Program-made: the position numbers and the translations under genes
Notes under the pieces: model-generated
The model's database searches: none
Told to the model about the DNA's origin: nothing
What the model saw: only the letters and a program-made list of their open reading frames with translations
Part shown: piece by piece, positions 39,901-51,900 of the stretch
How the letters are laid out: the number at the start of each line of letters is the position of its first letter
Position numbering within the stretch: the first letter of the stretch is position 1
Assembly: GCA_002633005.1 (NCBI GenBank)
Contig: NMRA01000031.1
Span: 396,888 to 460,546, forward strand
DNA: 63,659 nucleotides
Origin: Phoronis australis
Lineage: Eukaryota; Animalia; Phoronida
Direction: 5' to 3'

Positions 39901-42900
39901 TAATAATAAAAAAGGGATGAAAAACAAGGACACTGGAAGTCAAATCAAACAAACCAAAAAGAGGAAACAATCTTTAAACAGGAAAATTCCAATCTATCAG
40001 AAGTAAATCAAAACAAATTTTTCATTGATAAAAATGCTCCACTAAGTCAATCGAAGACATATTTCTACGGTAACACTTCTGAAAGTGGGAAGAGCTCTTG
40101 ACCTGTCTGGGCAACAGACAAAGTGAGAGGAACAAACACTCAGACACTTACATCGTCATTACGTGCCGTGGCCGTACCAAAGTCATACGTCTGTGATCGA
40201 CCCTCGTTATCATAGTCGGATACCATTGCACTTGAAGACAGACTACTCTGGGACTGCGAGTCGGCTGAAAGACACATGTTCACTTAACAACAAGTTTGCC
40301 AACCGCATTACAACATGGTTATGGCCAAACATTCTACACACTGTCAAGTCTCACAACTGAGCGCATGCGCCTAATAATGTCTAGCTGCACCTGACTGCAC
40401 AACTTTGGCATGAGCCTCTACATGGAAGACATTGGAGTGAAAAATTTTGTGTAAAACCTGCACTGTTCCTCACATAAGTACACGCGTACATTTGAGGGGG
40501 AAAACGGGAAGACTAAACGGGCAATATTGCACGTGAATTCTTATTAACCAATTCTATGAATGATACAGTGACATGAATGGTTAATAACAATTCATATCAA
40601 CAGCTGATATACCTTTCAGGTAAGGTTTATGATAATTGTGATGATGCCATGAATGACGATAAGCCTGATGGTCATTTATCAACAACCTGATATTAATTCA
40701 CAACCAAAATAGAGGAATACTGGGAACAATAAGCTAAATCTTCTAAAGTTAATGAGCTAACCTACAAAATAACTGAGTGATTACAAACTAAGGAAGACCT
40801 GAGGTAGAGATCAAAAGGGGAAATTAGTTAAAGTTACGGGTATCCAAAACACAACTGTCCCACAAAAAGTTGACTTTCAAGCTCATTTAAACGTAAATGT
40901 TAACTTACATCTCAAGGATACCTATTTTTCAAATTTCATGACTACCTGTTAAGGAACTACAAAGATACAGAGGCAAACGTAAAAAACTAAAATTGTCAAA
41001 AGTGGACATAAAAGTAGTTGGATCAGTTTGAAAATTCATTCATGCCACTGCGTCCATAAAAGAATGCTTTCCAGTGTTCTTCACAGCCTCTTTAGACTCG
41101 TCACGACAGCGAGTTTGAATTTTCTCATGACGTGTGTGGCTTACTTCCGTTGAGTTTGAAAATCTGTGCAATGAGTTCGAAATTTTGAAAGATTAGTCAT
41201 CTTTAATAAATTACGACATTTTGGATTTTTGTTACCAATTCAATGCGTTTATTCCAAGACTGAACACATGGACTGTAAAATTTTTTCCTTAAATTTAGAA
41301 TTCCAGTTTGAAATTTCTGTTGTGGAGAACACTGATATCTAAAAACTTTCAACACACACCCCGGGGGTTTTGGAGTTATAACAGCAGATGCACGGTAAAC
41401 AGGGCTGTCAGCAAGATGTGTCCACATATAAACACGTGCAGGCATAGAAAAGTATACACAATTTTTTCATACACCTACAAGAATCAGGTCCACAATTTTT
41501 CGTTTTAATCCAGGACACATTCTAGGCCAATAACTTCGCAAGCTGAGAGATAAAAAGCGGCCAATCACATGACACTATACTGACCAATCAACAAGCTGCT
41601 AGCATGCGCGTGCTTGAGTGTACGTGTGGGTCAGGTGAGCTATTAAAGCATGGTTATTACCCACTTACCTTGATAAGAGTAGCCAGTGTCCAGCGACCGA
41701 GAGGACAGCAGCTTGATGCCACCATCACCTGAGCTATCGTCGGTCAAAGGACGGAGTTTGGTTAGTGTTATACCCGAGCTGCTGTTAACGGAGAATGCCA
41801 CTGAGGCGGGAGTTAAAGAAGCTGAAATGTCAAAGGTTAATGAAAGGGCAAAAGTCAACTACGAGAGGGGGAGAGAGAGAGAGAGAGAGAGAAACAGGGA
41901 CAGGGCATTCCCAGGTTACTACTTAAAAAACTTTTTGTAAGGATATCCAGCGTAGTAAAATGAATATGATGATCGATCATTCAGATACCCAAAGTGGGTA
42001 TGAGCAATTAAGGGCACTTAAAAAAAACCCACAGAATGTTTTTTGGAAAGTAAAAACATTCATATCTTAAAAAGATTGATGTCATGAAAATAGGAACACA
42101 CATTCTTATGCATGCAATCATGTATTTACAACAAATTACATAAATTGTGATGCAATGTGTTGACCCATGATCATAATTTCAATATTTAACACAAAATATA
42201 CATTTTAAAACAAATGACTCTGTGTTGAAAGAGCTTTGTTTGCTAATTCATTTTCATTGAATAGGCGTAATGGGGGAACTCGACAACTTATTACATTAAC
42301 TATGCAGAGACAGTAAAACTTCATCCACTGGACAATTGTGGTAGTTACACTAAGCAGCACTGTTACAATGAAACAAGTTATACACTTTCAGCCGATTTCA
42401 TAAAGGTGGTTTAAGGAAACCAAGTTTAAGTCTTAAACCTGGTCTTCCTAAACCAGATCTAATTTTAGACCTAACTTGCATTTCACCAACGTGGTTTAAA
42501 AGTCTGAAAGCCTAGTTTTGTTAGACCAGGGAGCAGTGGAACCCAACAAAGAAACTATGGAAGTGCTTCAATGAAACCTTGATCACGTGGGTATGCAATG
42601 GCACACACTAGTGGAACCAGTGTAGATATTTGCGAAAAAGGTCTGAAAGCTTTTCTCATGAGGAACAAGAGCAACGCGGAGCTTTGAAATGCGCCCCCGA
42701 ATGCATCGCAAATGGTGAGCTTTTAGGGTTGCTTATTGTGTCATAAAAATGGCCACTAGATGGCACATAAACAAACAATCCATCCAAAAACGAGAACATG
42801 TCATTGCTTCTTTAATACAGAGCAATAGACCAAATTTCATACAGATCTGTCACTGAACTTCAGAGAAACAAAGGAAAAGAGAATAAAAATGAAATTGCCA

Positions 42901-45900
42901 CTAGGGGCAGTGTTCATTGGATCCGCCTGAAAGTCGTCATTGTCTATTGTTAGCTTCATATAAATACACTTACAAAATTTAATAAAGATCCTGCTGTGGG
43001 TTTAGGAGATACAGCTATGGGTACAAAACAAAACAAAACTACCACTAGGTGGCACCAGAGTAGTCAAAGTCGTCATCATCAACCGTCCTCTTCACACTGA
43101 GCACATATATATGCCAATTTTCAAAACCATCCTTAGAATGATTTGGTTGATAAAGAGGTAGACGCCCAAAAACAGACTCGAAAACAGCAAAAATGGCCAC
43201 TAGCTGGCGCAAAGTACCTTGATTCCATCTGAAAACGAGAGGATAGCGTCATCTCACCAATAGATGCCCGTATTCAAAATTTTATGAAAATCTATTGAGG
43301 ACCTTTGAAGATACAAAGGTAAACGTAAAACTAAAATAGCCACCAGGGGCATACCAGTAGTCAGATCCATCCCAAAATCATCGTCGTCCATTGCCAACAT
43401 CATATAAACACGCTTCTTAAATTTTAGTAAAGATCCTACAAACGGTTTAGGAGATACAGCCATGGGCGCAAAAAAAGAAACTGCCACTAGGAGGCACCAC
43501 AGTAGTCGAAGTCATCGTAACATCATCCTCAGCCATCCACATCATGGTAAAAACATACATAAATTTGCATACAGTTCCAGGGCCGTAGGAAGCGGGGGGA
43601 GGGGGGGAAGCCAGGGGGCACGGGGCCCCGCAAAAATTTTCAGGCGTCAGGGTTAAACCGTGGCAACCCACATAGGCGCGGTGCCAGGTACAGTCGACAA
43701 AATAAAGACTGCGAAAAACAGATAAAAGAGAAAATTCAAGAGAATATTTAACAAATCTGCATCAGTGCATGGTTTACCTTTTGAGGTCCCTGGCCAGGAC
43801 ACTGTCGTTAGGGTCTTAGCTTTTGCAGCACAGATCGTATAAACGCAAGAGAGAATTTGTAAAGCGAAGCTTTTGCAGAGTGTACTAATTTAATGGATGT
43901 TTAAATTCAATCTGTCAATTTTGCGAATGCAAAACTATATTTTCCTAGAGGCCCCTCTCTGGCAAGGGATAACGGAGACAACTTTCGCTTTATTTTTTTT
44001 CTCGAAACTGTATATCACTTGAGAAAAATTGATGACCTGACAGATAACATCAATTGCTGCGCATTTCCTGATATTTGAAAATATAGATATTTTCATATTT
44101 AGAGGCTTCGCCTTTGAAAGAGGCCATTGACGACATGCAAGTGGCCATCTTTTTGTGTTTTTATTAAGAAATTCTTACGGGGCCACTCACGGTGAAAGGG
44201 CCCAATGTTGGAATCGATTACCTCTATTTTCCTGTTTTTTGTGAAATCGTGCTTTCATGGTGGAGGAGGCCACTCCCTGCATCGTTTTGGGACCACACGA
44301 GGGTGGAATGAAATGTCACGTTTTTCCAAGCTTAATGATGTTTAGCCTTTCATCTTAAGGTATCCCATTTCAGACGGTACCCTCTCTCGGTGGAGCAGTT
44401 CGGGGGAAAAGTCCCTTTGTCCCTCAATATACATGTATATCTGCACATGTAGGACAAGTGTACACAGGCGCTATATCTGCGCGTGCACGACAGGTGTACA
44501 CAGGCACTATGTCTGCGCGTGCACGACAGGTGTACACACTCAATTATGATTGATAAAATTTATTACAAGTGATTCTTTAAAATAGTTTAATTTCGACTAT
44601 TTCTAAGAATGGTATGACATGTTATAAGATGTTGAGAAGAATTAATATTAACGAAAGGTGTAATATAAGATCTAAGTTTTTTTCATCAGCCCTAGTAATT
44701 TATACAAATTTTTTTCACGGACCAAAAACGATCCGTAAACGATGATCATACTGATATATGTGAACGATGATCAGTTTCATCAGAATTCATATCAACAAAA
44801 AGGGAGGTGAAAAGATTTTTACACAAGTATTACTTACATGTATTCTAAGTTCAGAAAATACGATTAAGACAGTGAAGAAGACGAACTTTTACGTACAAGT
44901 TCATTAAGATTGACGGTAAATATAAGGGGCAAAACTAAGCCTTTGAACTAGCAAGGAGCAATGTATAATGCATACAGAAGTATGCAACAGTCAGGGCACA
45001 GACTTCTGTGGACATCCTGAGGGGCGTATGTGTAGCTAGGATGAAGGGAGATTTGTCTCGTGCGGAAACCTCTCCGGAGAAGAGGAGGGAGAGTCAACAA
45101 AATTCGTGATGATCGGCACTAAACATTTTAGCATCAGAAATATTACATAGATTCATTCAAACGCATTTTAATTAATAATCCACTGGTGCCACCTGCCGCC
45201 CCGAAGTGTTGTACCAGTGTTGTACCAGAGGGTTCCAGTTTAATCCCATCCTGCAGCCATGATTCTATTACTACTTATAAATTTGTGTAATTACATCACG
45301 TTTCGTCTGTTATAATTGATAAACGTAAATTGAAACATCAGAATGTTCTAGAAACCATGGGTAGTTAGTTGTTGCAACAAGAGGAGGGTTACATATATCA
45401 AACTTGACAAATATCCGCGGCGTTGGCGCTGTTGGAATTTGGAATTAAATGCTGAATGACGTCAATATGAACATGTGTCTTAAAACGCTACGCAATGTTG
45501 CCACAAGTCAAACTTTAATAATTCTGTTAAAACTAATGATTGCCTAAAGGTATTTCAATAAACACAATATACATTCATTGACTGGCCGTAGTTTGGCAGG
45601 AAATGACGTGGTACGATGATGATAACTGGTACGGAACCGGTAACTCTCCCCAACATTTGATGCACGACGTGGCACTGACTGAATGCATCAAGCAAACATG
45701 TTAATTTTTGAAAATGCTCTCAAAAATGGACTTTTTCAAAACCCTGTGTTTGCCATATTCGTGTAGAAAAGCGAAATGAACCGTTCTACACGCTGCTCAA
45801 AGCACTTCTGTGGACATAGGGAAACGAAAAAGTCTCTGTCTTACAATGCTGCATGTGCTTGGCATTTCTGACAAAGCGCTCTCATACTGGAATTTTTTTA

Positions 45901-48900
45901 AGATTAAGCACTGTCCCAAAAAATTGTAGGTCTCGTTACAGCTGACCACAGAAGAATGATTCTGGGATTTTATTACTGAAACTGAACCAAACCTGGCGTG
46001 GTCACTCATTGGAAGGTNNNNNNNNNNNNNNNNNNNNNNNNNNNNNNNNNNNNNNNNNNNNNNNNNNNNNNNNNNNNNNNNNNNNNNNNNNNNNNNNNNN
46101 NNNNNNNNNNNNNNNNNNNNNNNNNNNNNNNNNNNNNNNNNNNNNNNNNNNNNNNNNNNNNNNNNNNNNNNNNNNNNNNNNNNNNNNNNNNNNNNNNNNN
46201 NNNNNNNNNNNNNNNNNNNNNNNNNNNNNNNNNNNNNNNNNNNNNNNNNNNNNNNNNNNNNNNNNNNNNNNNNNNNNNNNNNNNNNNNNNNNNNNNNNNN
46301 NNNNNNNNNNNNNNNNNNNNNNNNNNNNNNNNNNNNNNNNNNNNNNNNNNNNNNNNNNNNNNNNNNNNNNNNNNNNNNNNNNNNNNNNNNNNNNNNNNNN
46401 NNNNNNNNNNNNNNNNNNNNNNNNNNNNNNNNNNNNNNNNNNNNNNNNNNNNNNNNNNNNNNNNNNNNNNNNNNNNNNNNNNNNNNNNNNNNNNNNNNNN
46501 NNNNNNNNNNNNNNNNNNNNNNNNNNNNNNNNNNNNNNNNNNNNNNNNNNNNNNNNNNNNNNNNNNNNNNNNNNNNNNNNNNNNNNNNNNNNNNNNNNNN
46601 NNNNNNNNNNNNNNTCGGACAAAAATTCGTGATGTGTGCTGTATATCATGCAAGTTTGTCGTATTTAACAGTTAAACCTGGGTCTGACAAAGTCTAAAGT
46701 TAAAGCTGGTTTGAGATCTTAATACAGGGCTAAACTGGAGTTAAACCAGGTTTTACTAGACCACTGGTCTAAAGGTTAAGTCACCTTTCTCTAAACCTGG
46801 TCTAAGTCCAGTTTAAACCAGGTTTAACGTTAAACCAGGTTAAACTTTAAACCACCTTTATGAAATCGGCCGTTGGTGTTATCCTGTGGATAAATTTAGG
46901 TCTTGCTATATTGTTGGTTTGATGATTTGATTTCAATTGAACACATCAGCTAGAGATGCTGTCACAACTAAAGCATTAATACTTCTAATTACATGCGTTT
47001 AACAGATCTAATGGCTGAAATGAGACACCAAGAGGGACCCAATCAAAGTTAACCATACACTAAACTGTGCAAGGTACTCCCACAGCAGTTGTTACTGACG
47101 ACTTGTGTACAAGCCTGTCAACGCTACCACCTTGGGGGGTACTCTCATTTCCTGATTGCATAACGTTGTGTTACTAAATAGTCATTTTCTGTCTTCAAAC
47201 AAAAACATGGTTGGGACCACATCTCCCCAAATCTATGTTAGGACAGCTATTTCGAATCTCCAGCACATCTCTAATTAAAAACTGAGTTAAGTGGTCCCAC
47301 AATTATGGAAAAACTCCAAGTACTTCTTCCCTTGTTCATCACTATCACTTGACCTTACATGGCAAGCAACAACCATGAACTACTTTACGGTAATGCAGCT
47401 ATAAACATGCTATTGGCTAAGTTTCAAGCCAACGCCACTAGGAGGCGCACAAGCATACCATATCACCACAGCAGCTGCTGCCACCTAAGTCAACATCTAC
47501 CATGCGTTTTGACGTAGTGTGATAAATCTTGAATAGCAACAACAGAAACTAGAGACACAAAGTCACCATGACATTTCGTGGTCGTGAAATATTGGAAGTC
47601 AGTTTGGAGGATTTCATTCACGGCACTGTGGCGAGTTTTCAAAAATGCATTGTGGGACAGTTATAGGCTTGTAAACATCCAGTGACATCACAGAAAACTT
47701 GATATTGTACCCGATTCATAATTTGCGTTTTACGCGCTTCGAAACTCTTTCGCGCAAAAGACTTGATAATCTACATAAACATGCAATACATTTGACAGTT
47801 GCTATGCAGTGCTCGCACCAAACAGCACGCTGCAGTAAATCCATGATTTCAATTCTCGTGTACAAAGTCGAGTGACAAGTGTTGCCTTCCCTCACATACT
47901 TTACAAGTTATCTGTGATGTCACACGTACCACAATGCACATGAAAAACTTCAGCAATGCCGTAGACGAATCCCCCGACACATGTCTTGTCAAGGAGATAT
48001 CACCCACCGCAATCTGAGCCCGGAAAATGAAATTAAAAAAGGACCATAGTAAAATTCAAAATTGGTGTGAAATTGGTCAAGACACTGAGGTATAGTCAGT
48101 TACTTTGTGATAGGTGAGTTCACACATTCGTGCAAGAACACGATGCTTCATATTCATGTGTCACGTGACATCCACATACCTGTCTTGGTGGGGGCTGCTA
48201 GTGGTCTACTTGAAACAAGAGTAATGCCCGAAGTTGACGAGTCGCCGCCTCCTAGTGGCTGGGTATCGGGAATCTCAGACATCATTGCTGCAAAGGTTGG
48301 CCGAGATGGATCGTAAGACGTCTGCGACTGGCTAGAGGTCTCTGAAGCGGCCGACACAGAGACATTCTCATCGTAAGGCGAGTCCCTGGATAACAATAGC
48401 ACACAAATCAGTTTAACAAACATATCCAGCAATCCATGGGTCACTCGATTCATCACTGAAATCTCTCAAACTGGATCTAAGTTTTGTTTTGAACAGCATT
48501 AGCGTGCTGCAGCTACAAACAACATGTGTGTGTATTTCCAACTCCTTCAGTTATATTGAGCGCTACTTCGGCAGGCCAAAGACGACCAACTTAAAGAAAT
48601 ATTGAAGCAGTTAGTAATGCCAAAAATAACACCTATATGTGCCCCACAGTAAAACATGTGTCAACTTGACGTATTTCACAACTTCATTTCCGTGAAAAAT
48701 TAAATCATAACACTTGCAACAGCGTGAACCAGAATGTCCCAAGGTAATACTCATATTACTTAAACAGTACTCGGTATACCTTAAAGTTGCACAGTGTTTA
48801 AGCACTGGCAATGCCGTCATTGCTGCGGGTGTAAAACAAGTAAATTACACTCTACCCAACAGACATATCAAGAGTTTTCTAAACTGCTGTAATGATAACA

Positions 48901-51900
48901 ATCCAAATTTACCATTGCCAACACCTGTTCCCCTAACCATGCACCTGTCTACTCTCCCAGTGAAATGAACAGGCAGCTACTAACAACAGGTACCAGTAAC
49001 CATAGAAACTTGTCCTGGCTAATGAGGTTTCATTAACACAGGCAAAGGAAGAAAACTGGCTATTAACTACCAATCACCTTTTCTCTTAACGACAATGAAG
49101 ACTAGATTTACAAGACTTAGTTAGTTGTACCACATGTCATGCTTCTGACAACCTGTCGGCATAGTGTGGGAGGTCATGTGTCAAGGCTGTCATGTACATC
49201 CACTGACAACAATAAGATGAACACAAAAGCACAGAAATGAAATGAAACCTAACAAAATTTCTATCTAACAGCTTCATAAGTATCAGAATGAAATTTTTGA
49301 TCAGATATCAAAAAGTTCATCGACTGTCAGGCCAGGACTGCCCTTTATGTTACGGAGGAGTCAGTCACCGAGTGTCATAGGGGTAGAGTCCTAGCAGTGT
49401 TACAGAGGAGTCAGTCACTGAGTGTCATAGGAGTTGAGTCCTAGCAGTGTTACAGAGGAGTCAATCACTGAGTGTTATAGGAGTTGAGTCCTAGCAGTGT
49501 TACAGAGGAGTCGGTCCCTGAATGTCACAAGGATCGAGTCCTAGCAGTGTTACAGGAACAATAGAGCACAGTGAACACAGAGTTGCATGGACCAAGGGAC
49601 ACTCTACAACTACTGCCAAATTCACTGGTGTACAAAATGTCCTCTTTTCCCAACCTTTCACACGAAAATGCTGTTATTTAGGGGCAAAACAATTGAGACA
49701 AAAATAAGTTAGACGATCATCGCACAAATAAAAAAATTCATGTAAAATTAGGACAACAAGTGCCAACATACAGCTCAGGTAACATCCATAGAGTGAAGTG
49801 AACATGAACTTTTTTATTTGTGCGACAATCGTCCTGTTTTTAATCTTATTGTGGCCAAAAACTGATTTAATCAAAAATAAGTTGCCTATCTTATATTTTT
49901 GCTTGTCCTTCAACCATTCTCGCTATGTTATCCATCACAAAAGGGCTCATAATTCCCTGCAAAGAATCAATCCGACCACATTAAAGCTGTTGGTTATTTC
50001 ATCATGTCAACAACAATTTCATGATGACAAAACAAAGACTAGCAGCAAACCTCGACACCCGTCCTTCTCTAAAGCCTACATTCTGTGCACTTGTGAGAAC
50101 AAAGATGACAAATACATCCATTTAGCACAATAAGATGCTGCAGGATTAGCTGCTCAAACAGCACGGCTCACACACTCGTGAGCAGGGCTCACACACTTGT
50201 ACACTCAGCTCCAAACTCATAAAACATGGCTATTTCACTCACGAATAAGAACCACGTGCACGACTCAGCAATGAGTTTGTGTCATGTTTTCAGTATAGGA
50301 GCTGTGTCTTTTAGGTGGGTAAGTTGTGTTTAGCGAGTGCGAACCCGTTTTTGCGAGTCAGTCAACTGTATATGTTCCTGAATCGTGTTTATGAGTGCTG
50401 TCATATACTCATAACAAATGCAGCACGGAGCGTTGAAATGTGCCCACGAATGAATCGTATACGGTGTGCTTTTAGAGTTGCCAGGGCTTGGAATGACCAA
50501 TGATCCGCCTCAAAGTCGTCATTGTCTATTGCTAGCTTCATATAAATACATTTACTAAATTTAAGTAAGACCCAGCAGTGGGTTTAGGAGATACAGCTAT
50601 GGGCGCAAAACAAAAAAAAACTGCCATTGGAGGCGCCACAGTAGTCAAAGTCGTCATCGTCAACCATCCTCTTCACACAGAGAACATAAACGCCAATTTT
50701 CAAAAACATCCTTAGAATGATTTGGTTGATAGAGGGGTGGACGCCAAAATACAGACTCGAAAATAGCAAAAATGGCCACTAGGTGGCGCAAAATACCTCG
50801 ATTCCATCCAAAAATGGGAGGATAGCGTCATCTCACCAACCGATGCCTGAATTCACAATTGTATGAAAATCCGTTGAGGACCCTTGAAGATACAGAGGTA
50901 AACATAAAATCTAAAATTGCCACCAGGGGGCACACCAGTAGTCAGATCCGTTCTAAAGTCGTTGTTCTTTGTCAACATCATATAAATACACTTATTAAAT
51001 TTAGTAAAGATCCTGCAAATGGTTTAAGAGGCACAGCCATGGGCGCAAAAAATGAAACTGCCACTAGGAGACACCACAGTAGCTGAAGTCATCGGAAAAT
51101 CATCGTCAGAAGTCCACTTCCTATTAAAGACATACATGCCAATTTGCCACAATTATCCTGAAAGCGATTTGGTTGATAGAGGGGTGGACACCAAAAAATA
51201 GACTAGAAAATGGTAAAAATGGTCACTGGGTGGCACAAACTACGTCGAATCCATCTGAAAACGGGAAGATAGCGCCACACTATCAGAAGCCTGTACGCCA
51301 AATTTTTTGAAAATACGTTGAGCACCTTTAAAGATATACAGAGTTAAACGGACGGACGGAGATGACAGCATAATGCGTCCACATATAAACATGTGGGTGC
51401 CTAAAAATGTGTTGTTTGGGCAGCCTGGACTCCATAAAAAATAATCTTGCTTTTGCCATGTTTTGCCTTGCGACACCATAAGGCCTACCCCTTGCTAAGA
51501 GAGAGAAAATCAAATTTAAGAAAGATTATGACAGACACCAACACCATGTCTATAAAATACATGGAGTTCCATGCTGACGACTCCACACCCTGAACCACAG
51601 GTGAAAAGCAAGAAAATACTAGGAACCAAGTGGACACCAGAGGGTTGCCATGGAAACCAAAACCTGGAGATGACCCGGCCACTGCGGAGATAGATACGTA
51701 CCCCAGAACATCGTCAAACTCATCGAGCACATTGAAAAACTCTGTTATATTCTCGATGCTGCAAGAATCCAATGCCGGCTTTAGCTAATTAAATGCACAA
51801 CTCTAACTTGCCCTTATGGCTGCAAAGTTAGCGAACATTCATGGCAACTGCGACTTGCATTTTAAAACATAGTGCTGAGGCATGGTGGAAATTCTTAGTT

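Larger units (their letters stand above)
42389..46872. mobile_element. ~4.5-kb composite PIF/Harbinger-type TIR element with nested insertions, spanning an assembly gap
   Basis: Left cagccgatttcataaaggtggtttaa and right ttaaaccacctttatgaaatcggccg are near-perfect inverted repeats; both subterminal regions carry ttaaacc(a/t)gg repeats. Confidence 0.75.

Noticed and set aside
45998-46675. Long ORFs of 207-225 aa in the ORF track
   Set aside because: Artefacts of translating the N gap.
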